Source: Eledone cirrhosa (taxonomy: Eukaryota). From it: a DNA stretch of 64,000 bases. Within the stretch, counting starts at the first letter, position 1, and each line of letters starts with the position of its first letter. The translations under genes were made by a program, and so were the position numbers. The notes below the pieces were generated by a model. It was not told where the DNA came from. It worked only from the letters and a program-made list of their open reading frames with translations, and did not search any database. The stretch spans positions 396,056,001-396,120,000 of the forward strand of contig OZ024740.1 of the NCBI GenBank assembly GCA_964016885.1, written 5' to 3'. Below, piece after piece: positions 25,711-39,427 of the stretch.

Positions 25711-28700
25711 GTTAAACGAGTTAAAATCTCGCTGAAGTCAACTTTAGTTTTCATTCTTATTGTGTCGATGAAATAAGTACCAGTCAACTACCGAGATTAG
25801 TTTAATCAAATATATCGCCCCACTAAAAATAAATAGAGAAATAAATAAATAAATTGTGGCCCTACACCATTTAGAAATCAATATTATATTAACATTCACT
25901 TTTCGATGCTAGCAGAGCTTGATTGATCTGCATTGCAGTACCTATCCATATATGCCAGTCTTATTTCTTGTCTGCCAGGCCCAACATTCTCAGGTTAGGT
26001 AAAAATCTAACTACTTTTCAAGTTGGCACAAGTATGGCTGTGTGTTTAAGAAGGTTCTCTCTGCAACTTTGTTTCAGATTTGATCCTGCTCTGTGACACC
26101 TTGGGCAATTTTTTCAACCATAGCCTCGGGTTAACTAATACCTTATAAATGGAATTAAGTCAATGAAAACCGTGGAAGCCTGTCATGTATATAAACTCAG
26201 ATTAGTTAAGAGAGAAACTGATACAAGGGGAATTGTTACATGGGATTTCTCCCCTTCATGCGCGGGACTACTTGACTCTAGCCAGACCTGCCTCCCAGGA
26301 ATAAAATGTAGCATGCAAAAGAGAAGGTAGCACTGGTATGGACATGTGGTGGGTATGTCAGTTGTTTAAGAAAGCTCAGAGTGATTGGAATCTCTGGAAG
26401 AGGAAAAGCTAACAGGACATGGGATGAAGTGGTGAAAACTAACCTCAAGAAGTTGAATCTAATTAGGGAGATGAAAAGGATTGCAATGATTGGTAACACA
26501 ATGTACTCATATTAAGTTCTCTTCTCCATCTACTGCCCTATCCACTACACTCTTACACACCATCACCATCCCATCTATTACATCCTCCATGAAATACCAC
26601 AGCAAAGTGTGGTATTTGACTTGTCTCTCAGTTTGAAAGAATAATGTAGCAATGAAGCTAAGCAGGTTTAAAATTGTTAGATTTATAAGTATACAAATGT
26701 TTTGACATATTTTTTGAGTCAACGTCAGGAATAAAAGAATATACATTTATTGAGTTACACAGTGCATGTAGATTCTTCATACATTTTTATTTGTTTTACC
26801 AATGAAAATTCAAAAGAGAATGTTTAAAAGTAATATTTTTTCTTATTCTTTAGTCTCGTTTTTCAGTAACTTTAAATGCTTCTAAAATTTCAACTTGTTT
26901 CCTAGATTGGTAAGGAACAAGATATTTAATTTCTCCAGACATTTTCATTGCTGCTGACTGTGACTTCTAGTGTGCAATTGATTTTCAGTTTTCTATATTG
27001 ATCATCTGATCAAAATTCACTACTGCAATCATGCTGAAACTGTTAACCATCTTTCTTCTCCCAAACATAGTTATTATTTAATGGAGAATCTCAGTTCTTT
27101 GATGCTACCAGTTTTTTAATGTCTTTAAGAGCATGAATTATTTTTTGCATCAAATAATTTGTACTTACATTATTTTAAATCTTTGCTTCTTAGTGTTTTG
27201 TTTTTGGAGCTTCTGATTTTCATTGTTTAGATTTAAAATATAAAAAAAAGTCAGTATTTGAATTGATGGATATTTTACTAGTATGGATAACACTAATAGA
27301 TTTTTTAGGAGCATTAGAATTGATTACTTCTGAAGGAGAGAACTAACAGGAATGAAACTGTTCAGTTAGGCTATACCTACTTGACATTTTTGCATGATAA
27401 TAGAATAAAAAAGTTCTAGCGTGAAACTCTTGATATTTATTTTAATATTAATGCATACTGTTTCAATTTTCTTAAACATTTTTTACTATTATGTTCTGTT
27501 TATTCGAAGGTATTTTATTTATAACTTATTTTGTTTCAAAGATTTTGTAGAATTAGTGTACTTACTAAACCTACCCCATACTCCAATGAACTGAAGAACA
27601 ATATTTGATGCTTAAATGTTTTGATATTTAAATTTTCTAATGTTTATTCGTCATCAAAACGAAATTTTGGTTTGTGTAAATAAGATAATTTTTCTGGTAA
27701 GTATTCTTTAGATTCGGTTGTGAATTATCTTTATAGTTTCTTCACATTGGATTACTATATTTTAAAAGTCAGCCATTATGGCCCTGCCACATATATAACA
27801 TTGGTAAAACTATATTACAAAGGCTAGGATTCCCCTTTAGTGCCTGGAAATACATCTACTTGCCACAGATTTTGACCTTCTGGAAAGCTCATGTCAGACC
27901 CACATTAGTTTACTACTCACAGTGTTGCTGGTGTTCATACAAGCATTCTAAACTAAATCATTGTTTATCCTCAGGTATCTTTGACTAAGGCTCTCTACCT
28001 CATATTTTTTCAGACATGGTGCATCTAGGACTACATTATCCACTGTGTTCTTTTTAAAAACATGATTTGATGGAGATATAACTGTTATTTCTAGCTGGTC
28101 AAATTACTACATAGGGCCTCCCAAGTTGGCTCATTTGGAAGCCATTTGATAAAACAGATATATTGTCAACATAGCAGTAGTTTGAGTTCTTGATAGTGAA
28201 GTATATTACTAAAATATAACAAGTAAAGAAATTGTTATTGTAGTCATTGAAACCTTGTAGTAGAATTGTGAAACAGAGATATTTGATATGGACAGATAAA
28301 ACTAGTTTTTTAGTCACTGGTTATATGTCCCAAACTGTACAGCTTTACCAAAGAGCATCTCACCTCCTGTGAATCTTTAATATAGGAGTCTCGTTCTGAC
28401 AGTCTTTTTTACTCTCATCTGTTTTTCTATTTCTTCTATATCTATCTTCCAGAAAAAGACTAACATCTGAAACATTAAAGCTATTTTCCTCCTATAACAA
28501 GCATGAAACTAATATCATTCTATGTTGTTTTCCCTTGACTTTTCTCATACATAAATCGATAAACTGTATGGCATGATCACCTGACCTGGCCTATCTTACA
28601 ATAGGACAACTCGTCAAAAAATGGACGTTAAACTGATAATAATAATGATGATGATGATAGCAGTGCAGTCAATGAAAGAAAGTTTAAGTTGGCTGGCCAT

Positions 28701-29209
28701 GGAGAATTGAAACCAGAAAAAATTCTCTTATATAACTTTATTGAATACTTCTAATAAATTGATCAAGTAATAGCATTTCCTTTCTAGACGTTTTAAAGAA
28801 TCTTTATACATGTTAAGTTGGAGCACTGCAAAATAAAACAACTATAAAAACTAATAATGCTTAGACTAATAATGTGTATGATGTTAAATTAACGTTAATG
28901 ACAAATAAATAGCATATTTTCTTTGAGCATTGATTTTAATTTAGCTTATTAGATATTTTGTCTTTCATGATCTTTAAATATATGACAGAACAGTGATGTC
29001 TCCTCAACTATTTACTGATAAAGAATGTCTCACTCAATGGTCACAACTGAATAATGGTATCTCTTTGAATGACTACTAATAAATCAAGATGTCTCCTTGA
29101 TTGTCTGAAATACATAGGGGGTTTTCTTTGCTTGATCTCAATCATTTTTTTCTTCTTAACTATCTTTGTAGCAACCAAGATGTTTTATCTGAGCTATTGG
29201 GGCACATGG

Positions 29210-29551
29210 GGGCACATGGCTTAGTGTTTAGAGCATTGGCCTTGCAATCGAAAGGTTGTGAGTTCAATTCTCAGACCGGGTGATGTGTTGTTTCCTTGAG
29301 CAAGACACTTTATTTCACATTGCTCCAGTTTACTCAGCTGTAGAAATGAGATGATAGGGACTGGGGTCCCTATCATTCCACTGCAAAGTGGTCGTGGAGG
29401 TGCCACGGCAAAAGAGCACCCAGCACTCACTGTAAATGAGGTTGGTGTTAGGAAGGGCATCCAGCTGTAGAAATCAAACCAGAATCAGTTCCCATCCCAC
29501 CCTTGCAAGCAGGGAAAAGTGGACGTAAAATGAAATGATGATGATGATGAT
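29210..29551 (+). mobile_element. Young SINE: tRNA-like head, CORE/Meta-like centre, RTE-derived tail
   Basis: Full-length copy; 5' GGGGCACATG duplicated; (GAT)n tail. Confidence 0.88.
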
Positions 29552-30321
29552 TGTTCTTAATGCTTTAAACTTTGACATTAAAGTTAACTAGTTTTATTCC
29601 AACAATTAACCTTCAGATAATTTTTACAGTTGTTTATCAAATCTTATACACAACCACAATACCTAATAATATGCAAGTAAAATCATTGGCATACAGCATT
29701 AAAAAAACAAGCAGTAGAAATACTGATTTCTTTTAAGAACTATAAAAGCAAAATCAAATGTATGGAATGGGTGGGGAGTAAGTGCTAAGACCATGTGTGA
29801 AATAGATTCCCCCAATAGCCTAGGAGGCTCTCTAGAAGTTGTTGATAGATTTTGTTGCCACTACACTGTAAAGTGGGAAGGGCATCCAGCTGTAGACAAC
29901 TTGCCAAACCAAGGGTAGAGAGGACTCTTCAGTTGTATCAAAGACATGATGATCTTCCTTGAACTAGTGTCACAATAAAATGCACAGTGCACTCTGTAGA
30001 GTGCAGGAATGTATGTAAGCAAGATACAGCTTCAAGCCCATCTAAGAGATCAGTGGTTCTGATTAAGCACTGACTTGGTCTGTGTCATTAATTAATTGAA
30101 ATAAAGTAAATATCATTAGAAATGCAGTAATGAAAGGGTTAATGTACACTGATTACCAGTACTGAAACACTCATTTTCATAGGTTAACATATTACAGTAA
30201 CTACTTGCTCTTTTTATTGGTGATTACATTTTAAAGTCCTGTATTCCACAATAAAGACTGTATAACCACAGTTGGAATAGTTTGAACAATTCTTCAATCC
30301 ACTACTCCTGTACTTATAAAT

Positions 30322-30904
30322 CTAAAAGTCTGTTGAAAAATATTCGACCTTAGGCTGGAGAAAAAAATTACATGCTTGTTGAATTCAATTGCAAATCCCC
30401 TTCAAAGTAGGCTTCTTGTGCCTCTACACACATAGCCTAATAATCCTTCCACGATTCAAAACCCATCTGGAATGCTTCTTTTGGAATGGCTCTCAGCTCC
30501 ACTGTTGCAGTCCACATGATGTCCTCTTGGCACTTAAAGCAGGAGTCTTTCAGTGGTATTTTCATTTTTGGGAACAACCAAAAGTCAGAAGGAGCCATTT
30601 CCAGAGTGAAGAGAGCCTGCTGAATGAAAAAAATGTCTTTCTTGGCTAAGGAACCTTAGATTGGCTGTGATGAATGAGCTGAGGCATTGTCATGATGCAA
30701 TATTGGGGGAAAATGGAAACATGATAAGTAAGTAGTACAGTATTTCACATGTTAGCTGCATGATAGAACAGACATATCCAGTGAGCTTGTGAAAAAAAAG
30801 CATACATGCGTAGGAATGTATGCAGCTTGACTTTTTTTCTCCCTAATGTCATTACTTCGCACAGGGAAAAAATAAAGTTGGATACTTTTTCGACAGACCT
30901 TGTA
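30322..30904 (-). mobile_element. Internally deleted mariner element
   Basis: Imperfect TIRs GTCTGTTGAAAAATATTCGACCT / AGTTGGATACTTTTTCGACAGAC. Minus strand encodes a mariner-like C-terminus (KMKIPLK...LRAIPKEAFQMGFESWK...YFEG). Confidence 0.75.
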
Positions 30905-31871
30905 CTTGAGCAATACTGACTAGGGATATATGTACATCTTTATCTAAGATCTTTGTTTGCTAATAATTTGTGTGTGTGTGTGTGTGTGTGCATATACATG
31001 TGTCCATGTGCTCTGTATTTGACACATATGCAATGAATTGCCAACCACTCCAATTTAGATACTTAAAAGTGTTAATAGGATTTAAATGTATTATAGTATA
31101 TGCATACAAATATTGAATTGTCCTAGCAGTATATTAATCATATTGCCTCCCTTGTGATTACTTATTGCTGTCATAGAAGATTAGCCTTATTGGTTCTGAT
31201 TGGTCATATTGATAATGGAAAATGAAAAATTTATCAATTTTTAACCAAATGAATTTCTTGTAATATTTTTCAGGTTATATGTATCTTTTTTCTGCTTTAC
31301 CTTTTGGTATGTTGTTCACTGCACACAACTTGGGCAAAATTGATATAATGTAAGGTTGAACGCTATCATGCATTTCAACTACCTTAGATGTTGTTGGTTT
31401 AGAAAATGACAATGTAACACTTCAATTTGAAGTGTTAGTCACAGAGCTACTTATTCACAGTAGACAAACTACTTTAAATAGTTTCCTTCCTCGGAAGTTC
31501 TGTCACAAAGGAAGTGAAGTAAATTAAATACTTATGTGTGTGTTTGTATGTCTATTATCATGATTAATGTTTTGATGTTTGTATATCTATATTATGCTGG
31601 TTGGGCATTTCTATGCTGTTAAGGGTTTCCATTCTAGATCATTTAATCTTTGAGGATGTGAACTAGCTTGCATATGTATTTAGATGGCTGCATGTAAAGA
31701 TGTATTGAATGAAATAGAATTCACTGAAAAGTCGAGACACTATAGATTCAGAATATATTCACACCATTTAATAATAAGGAATATTGGTATAAAATTTCAA
31801 TTAAAACATATTGATTGCAAATAGAAGAAATGTAATAATATTTCTGAGCAAAGATTCCTGTATAGTTACAG

Positions 31872-32168
31872 CAGTGGTTCCCAACCTTTTGTGCCTCATG
31901 CCCTACCTCAACATCTCAAACACTTTTATGCCCCACTCTGATACAAAAACAGCAATGATCAACTACAAAGTATAAACAAATTGGTGTATGGGTGATGCCA
32001 GATGCACAATAACGTGTGGAGAAGGTGAGGCAGAAGTTTCCAACTGTAATTTGTTCCAAGGTGTGAAAGTAATTTGGTAAAACCTGAAGTTTGCTCTCAT
32101 TAACATCATTTTCAAATCCACCCACCCCCACCCCCTGTGTGGCGTGCACCCCTCGTTGGGAATCACTT
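31872..32168. mobile_element. hAT-Charlie/Buster MITE
   Basis: TIR CAGTGGTTCCCAAC / GTTGGGAATCACTT; 8-bp TSD AG(T/C)TACAG with central TA. Confidence 0.8.
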
Positions 32169-32499
32169 AGCTACAGTGACTAGTTGATCTGGAGATATGA
32201 TTGTCTGCAAAACATGTGGTCTAGAACACAGCAATACAGATATTACAGCAAACTTTATCTGAATTGTAGTTATACTTGTATTTTTCTGGGTAATAAATTT
32301 TATCTCAAAATAATTACCTAGAAAAATTAGTAATGTAATAGTGTGATATAATTTGAATTAACAAATATTTTTAATTTGAGTCTTTTGAAAATTAATAAGG
32401 TGACAAAAACTGTTTATTTGTCATGGTTTAAAAGACATTAAAACATTTCCAGTCTGCACTGCCTCCAAAAAAGCTTGCTGACCCCTGACCTAGAATTGC

Positions 32500-32685
32500 A
32501 GCATAGTTATGGCCCTTTACGTTCTGAATCAAATCCTGCCGAGGTTAGCTTTGCCTTTCATCCTTATGGGGTGGATAAAATAAAGCACCAGTAATGCACT
32601 GGGGTCAATTTATTTGACTTTCTCCTATCCCCAAATTGCTGGCCTTATGCCTATAGTGGAAACCATTATTATTATTATTATCATC
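32500..32685 (+). mobile_element. Deu/Nin-type SINE, 5'-truncated
   Basis: GCCGAGGTTAGCTTTGCCTTTCATCC core; (TTA)n tail. Confidence 0.8.
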
Positions 32686-32883
32686 ATAAGATGCTTGACA
32701 GTAGAGCTTAAACTGTTTTAATGGCAAAATGCCAGCATTTTTTTCTCATCAAAATGGTTTATCCATGACTGTCAAGCATTATATCCTATAATCTCTACTC
32801 TTTACTTTCCTTGAGTAGGGAATACCAAGTTTAATAATGGTTTCAAACTAGTAAAACCATTATTAAACTTAACTAGTAACATC

Positions 32884-32941
<58 letters not shown>

Positions 32942-32944
32942 ATT

Positions 32945-33265
32945 ATCATCATCATTTTACGTCCGCTTTACCCTGCTTGCAAGGGTTGGACGGGTCCTAT
33001 TCAGCACAGCATCTCTCCACTTGTCACGGTCCTTCGTCATCTCCTGGGTGAGTTTCAGCGATCTGAGGTTTGCTCTCACCACCTCCGCCCATGTTTTTTG
33101 TGGTCTACCTCTACTGCGTCTTCCTTCTACTGGGATTTCTTGGCACTTCTTTACCCAGCGGTCATTCTCCATGCGCATCACATGTCCATACCATCTCAGC
33201 CTTGTCTCCTGCACACCACAACTTATCCCTCTTATACCCAGTTTCTTGTTCAACTTACTCTCTGA
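32945..33265 (-). mobile_element. RTE LINE 3' fragment
   Basis: RLRWYGHVMRM...GRRSRGRPQKTW...DRDKWR; (CAT)n tail next to (TA)n. Confidence 0.88.
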
Positions 33266-33763
33266 TGCTCCCCATCTCCACCCCATCACTATCGACTACT
33301 CATTCATAAGCTAGAAATAACCCAAAATTTCCTTAAAATATTGTGAAGGTAGTCATCCATGTGAGTATACAGAGCAATGAATGTATATAAAGCCTTTGTA
33401 TGTAAGAACACATTTGAATATAAACTATGATTGATATTAGCAAATGTAGTTTAACATCTTCGAAAGTCAAATATTTCTACATAATAGAATGTTTTTAGGA
33501 CACTATTTTTCATTGTCATCTTTTATTTTTTTAAATCTGGTTAAACTATTTAGGCCCTATGGCATGCAGTCACAAAAGAAAGGATTGGTCTTAGCATTCA
33601 TTGATAACGATGTATTATGAATGAAAAAAAAAAAACCCTTTTACTAGCCATGCATACTTGTGGGCAGAGTATATTTTTCTGTAATGTCAATTTTTTTCTC
33701 CTTTTCCACTTTAAAAACTTATCAGAACTTTCTTTCTCTCTCTTTCTTTCTCTCTCTCTCTCT

Positions 33764-33800
<37 letters not shown>

Positions 33801-34474
33801 AAATGCCCAGGAGATGACAGATTGTGTGGTCAATGTCAAACCCTGATTCATTATCAACTGGGCACTCAGCTAGAAAAAAATGAACAGTATCACCTCTTCT
33901 GAGTTTAAATATTCTGATTGTAATTGCTGTTGGAAATCACTGTCCTGAAGTTTCTGCCTATCTACCTCCCTTGAAACAAGTAAAATAATAAAAGAATATG
34001 TAGTTTTGTAATTTCACATTCTAATTATTTTGAAAAGGTTTCTAATATTGAAGAATGTGTGATTGTCACTGTTTTAACCTCGACTTACACTGGATCAGTT
34101 TGATCCACTCAAGCTAGTAAAGATGGAGTGGCTTTCGTTTGAGTGATCATTGTGGTTGTTTAAACTCATGTTAGCTCTGATCAATTATACCAGTAGTCTT
34201 CAAAGCATAGTGTAGTACACTAGTTTTCTATGAGATGTAGTTATGTGTGCCATTAAAATAATAAAATTGACAATTTTGAATATATATATAAAAATAGACC
34301 AAAAAACATTTAGTTCATGTTTTTCCTCGATAACTCCATTTATTGAATAAAGAAATAAGTACTGAACACTTTTCTGTAGTTTAGATTATTTATATTTGAA
34401 CTGAAGTCAGTAGTTTAACTCCTTAGAATCACTGTGCCTCTATCTGTGTACAGTTGAAATAATCTTTTTCTTCA

Positions 34475-35415
34475 CCCATTTATTCCTAAGAGGGTCGTAA
34501 GGGCAGAGTCCTCAAACACTCCTTCCAGCAGGTCCTGTGAGAAGCAACCGTCTCCAACTGATCCAGCTGGATATCTAAGCGTGATCAGTTAAGCTCTTGG
34601 ATGTTATCCAACCATCTTGCTTGGGGTCTACCCTTGGATATCCTGCCAGTTAGTTTTGCTCATAAAATCTGTCCAGCGATTCTTTCCTGAGACATTCTAA
34701 CCACATACCCATAGTATCAGAGCTATGATCTCTCAATTCAGAGAAGTAATGGCTCTACCTGGAGCAACTCTCTGATCTCAGCTATGCACTTTATCGAGTA
34801 GCGTTACTACAAAATCCTTCAGAGGAATCCCATTTCGGCTGCTTGTATTCGCGATCATATTCTTTCGGTCATTACCCGAGATTCATGACCATAGGTAAGG
34901 GTTGGTACAAACACTGAATTGAAGATAGCGAGTTTGGCTTTTTACACCTACGTCCCTTCTTCTGATTACTGAATGCTGAAGCTGGCACGTTACTGCACCA
35001 GCTCCTGCATTTCTTATACTTAATTCAGCCTCCCACCTCCCATCACTTCTGAACACGCCCCCAAGATACTTGAATTTCTCTACCTGCTTCAGTGGAACTC
35101 CACATGTAGCGTGCACTGCATAGGCTTCCTTGAGAAGACGAGTGTCTCAGTTTTTTCAGCACTGATTTCCATTCCAGTATGCAGTACTCAGCATCAAACT
35201 GATCCAGTGTAAGTCGAGGTTAAGTAATACCATGTCGTCTGCAAATTCCAGCCGACTGATTTTACACCTGCCGGTCATAACACCACTTCCAACCTGGCTG
35301 TGCAGGTCAATCCTGTTCATGTAAGTAATGAACAGGAGAGGTGACAGTATGCACCCTTAGCAGAGTCCGACTCCCACATTGAATGGTTTCGATTTGGCAC
35401 CATTTATCTGAACAC
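34475..35415 (-). pseudogene. RTE LINE 3' fragment of a different family (RT C-half)
   Basis: LKQVEKFKYLG, FADDMV-like and LSPLLF-like motifs on the minus strand, with stops. Confidence 0.8.
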
Positions 35416-36139
35416 AAAAATCTTCAGCTTTAAATTTAAAAAAAAAATAATAATATAATAACAATCATGCCAACTCACTGACTTATAACAATATTAATAA
35501 TGATTTCCAACTTGTGAACAAGGCTACCATATTTTGGAGAAAGGTATACTTGATTATATCAAACCCAGTACTCAAAGTAGCAGTTAAGTACTGGAATTGA
35601 TATAATCAGTTATACATACATCCACAAAATGTGTGGCTTTGTGTTTAAGTTAGAAATCAAAAAAATAAATTATGAAGCTAGGTCAATTAGATTAGAAGTT
35701 CTAATCTCACGATGGTCAACTTTTGCTTCTTCTGAGGTCAATGAAATAAGTATCTTTCAAGTATTTACATCTGATTAATTAACTGGGATCTATCCCCAAA
35801 TTTGAAGCCTTGTTTTTATGTTAGAAATCATTATTATTACGAATGGCAGAATCAGTAATATATTAGACAATGTCTTGCAGTAATTAGTGACATTACTGTA
35901 TAGTCTAAGTTCAGACTCTACAAAGATCAACTTTGCCTTTCATCTTTCTGAAATCGATAAAATGGAGTACCAGTCAAGTTTTTAGGCTGTTATAATGGAC
36001 TCTACTTCCTCCCAATACTTGACCTTGTGCCTCTCTGAAAAATCATAATACTTGACTTTTAAAAATAGCAAGCTTTTTCTTTTAGTTAAAAAAAAAAAAA
36101 ATCATTATTTTAAATGTCTTCCTCCTAACAACTACTTAT

Positions 36140-36318
36140 TAATTGTTTCTACTTTAGGCACAAGGCCAGCAATTACCCAGTGCATTACTGGTACTTTATT
36201 TTATCGACCCCGTAAGGATGAAAGGCAAAGTCAACCTCGGCGGGATTTGAACTCAGATCGTAAAGGGACGTAACTATGCTGGAAAGCATGGCGTCTGACC
36301 CTCTACCGATACTGCCAA
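36140..36318 (-). mobile_element. Deu/Nin-type SINE, young
   Basis: Close match to 485-669. Confidence 0.85.
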
Positions 36319-37047
36319 AGTAGTTGACCTTATTTGAGAATAGCATAACCTAATCAAATGGAACTATTATATTGCAAAGAGACGGATAACAAAATAACAA
36401 TCAGTATGACAATCTTCTGCTGTTAATGATTTACACCAAAGGTTCTCAACCCATTTCGGGCCAAACGCCCCCTTTTGCCCCTCGAAATCACGAAACACCC
36501 CTTACCCTTTTTTTCCATTTTTCAATATACTACTGATTTTGATATCAGTAGATTACTAAAAAATTGATTAACGATATTCCAAAGACACTATTGCAGGCAG
36601 TTGAAAGTATAAATACATTCCTTGAAATGAAGTATATAAATTTCAAAAGAAGGAACATAAATGTTCTTTTTTATGAATAAGGACCAGTTGATTTTTTTAT
36701 ATTCCCACCAGACGATACCAGCTATTTTGAACATTTATACAAGAGCAACTCTGTCTATCCAAAGAGTGCTCTTATCTGGAAGAAGGTGGCAATTATATCA
36801 TTTCAAAGCTTTCCAATTTTCCCTTTAATAAAATGGACAGAAGAAATGTTGATATCTAACTTGATGTCCCCTCCACTTTGTGAGCTTAGAGACCACGCAA
36901 GAGGGTTTTCATGACCACCTAAGAGGGTATATTCATTAGTAAACGGTAAAATATATAGAACAAATGAGTAAGTGAATTGTGGTAGATGGTTTCCAGTCCA
37001 GTCAGACTGCAACTACAAATAAAAAAACAACTTACTTTGACCTTGTA

Positions 37048-38696
37048 TCAATGGGACCCTTGAGCTTCATGGAGTTTAGCTAACTCTTTGATGTCGGGCT
37101 GGATTTTCGTGAGCTGTAGCCGGAGATCTCCACATGCAATCACATTGTAGCGGTTGCGAGCCTTACTATGCAGTCTGGAAACAATGCCAAACCCCCTCTT
37201 GACTAAGTATGAGCTAGGAAAAGGCAAAGCAATTAATTCTTCCTGAAATTTAACGTCGAAATCGTCGACGTTAGCTATGAAGGGATCTGCTATCCACATT
37301 GGGATGTCCATCTGCAAAAGGTCGACAAACCGTTCTCTCATGTTGTCTTGTAGTGCACGGAGGTGCGCGGTATAAATTTGGAGTTGGTCATCGCTCACAA
37401 TGTTTTGAACATTGGCGACTCTAGGAAAATTATAGAATTCCCGTCGACAAAGATTCCTTTCGATGACTTTCAATTTGGCCAGGAATATTTTCACAACATT
37501 CCTTGCTTTAAACAAGGTGATCTTCTCCCCCTGCAAAGCCATAATGAGGCTATTGCATTTGTCGAAGATGTCGGCGAGGTAGGCGCAGTTTTGCCTCACA
37601 TCGAGGTTTTTTTTATACAGTTCTGTGTTGCGTCCTCGAAGAAATTCAAAGATAGTCGAACAGTTCAAAGAAGCGAGTAAGGCACTTGCCCTTTTAAAGC
37701 CACCTCACTTCAGGAGCAACTCGATGAATTCTTCGTCATTATCTTCGCACAGTTGCCGGAAAATTCGTTCATTGAGGGCATGCCATTTGATATAATTGAT
37801 GACATCAATGGCTACCTGCAAAGACTTGCTCAGCGGCTCACTGAGTTTCTTCGCAGCCAAGTGTTGTCGATGAATGACACAATGAACAGCAAATACAGAT
37901 GGATTTTCCCTCTTCAGAAGAGACGAAACCCTTATGTTGGCCGACCATTGCTCTTGCGCCGTCCGTAGCACATGATACAATATTGTTAAGAGGTATCTCT
38001 TTTTCTTCGAGGTATCCCTTGACAGATTCAAAGATGGTGGCATCTTTAGTATCTGTGGCTAGATTCAGAGTGAAGAGAAGCTCCTCGTGCATTTTGTTTT
38101 GGTGGAAAAATCGCACGTATCCCAGTAGTAAGGACTGATTCCCGGAAAGTGTGCTTTCATCAAGTTGCAAAGCAAATTGTGTCGATTTCAAGATGTTGCA
38201 TAATTTTTGTTCAACATTTTCCGCCATTTCGTCGATGCGTCTCCTTATTGAGTCATTACTCAACGGAATACATTTCAAGGTCTTTAACGGGTTCTGACGT
38301 AGTAGTGTTGAAAGAACTTCTGAGATGACAGAGGCTACCAACGTTTCACCCAAGGAATGGGGCCTGCCACACTTTGTGATTATGTTAGCAATATTGTAAG
38401 ATGAGACAAGTCCATCAACATTTGAAGTTTCAACTTTTGAAAAGGCAGAAAAAATTAGTGTTGTTTTCTGGAATTGGTCCCTAAGAGACTGAAAGTATGC
38501 TAAATCTTTATATCTCTTATCGGGGTGCCTCACCTCCAGGTGTCTACTCAAACGCGATGGCTTCATCGCCTCATTCGAAAAGGACTCCTTGCAAATTAAA
38601 CACATGGGTGACAGGTGGTTCGACGGCGATGGGATGAATCCGAACCGTAAGTTCAACGCTGTATTGCCTGCATTTTTTCTTCATTGCTGAGGCCAT
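37048..38696 (-). pseudogene. hAT Buster/Charlie transposase (ZBED5/ZBED8-like), frameshifted
   Basis: BED-type CLIC...RHLEVRH, FALQLDEST, CATDGARAMVG, HCVIHRQHL, EVRWL, and FPSSYLVKRGF (catalytic E appears as K). Split over at least 4 frame segments. Confidence 0.93.
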
Positions 38697-39427
38697 TTTC
38701 TGTTTAGCGAATGTGTTTGGTAAAGTTACGCAAAGATTTGCCTATATAAGCCTATAAAATTATGTATAAGGAACTTACTATAATGAGTCCTGTTCCAGTA
38801 TGATAAAGTTTCAAGTAATGTTCTGGAATAACACTTTGTAATAAACAAAACTGCAATGAAAAACACAAATACTGTCATTAATTAACCAAGTCGAGACAAG
38901 TTATATATGAAGATTAACCAGTCTTTCATGTAGGAATAGTAATAACTTAGCTTGAGGGAATTAAGATGGCAGACTCAATAAAGGATCGAGGCAACGAGTT
39001 CAAGAGAACTTAATGCAAGAATGACTAGTAATGTGCTATTTTGAAATGGAATTCATCAATTAAGCACGTAGTGATAAGACGCGATAATACTAAGTTAAGA
39101 CATTACTTATTAGTCAGAGTTACTCAAATTATCGCCCTTAATGCATCACTGTGATATTCTTGTAATGGTGCTGCAATTATAATGGATGACTGTTGAAGAC
39201 TACAAAAGCACTTCCTTAAACCCAAGGCTATAACAAGACTTGATCGTAGTATAAACAGTCAGTTTATATAGGAATAGCAACAACCTAGTTATAGAATAAA
39301 TGATGTTGGAAATGCAATGAAGATAAGATGGGGGTCAAGCAAACCCAATGTTAGTAAGAATGAGCTGAAGTATCGAGGTCAACCGATCACGGTGATGAAT
39401 GGATCAGTGAATAATGTTGCTCTTTTC

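Noticed and set aside
29210-29285. tRNA-Ala(TGC)-like gene
   Set aside because: It is a SINE head: poor acceptor and anticodon stems, and it continues into the SINE body.
32827-32870. Perfect 17-bp hairpin
   Set aside because: AT-rich and resembles a SINE tail micro-inversion; no evidence of function.
37048-38696. Domesticated ZBED-like host gene
   Set aside because: Multiple frameshifts, an altered catalytic Glu, and TIR/TSD context indicate a dead transposon.
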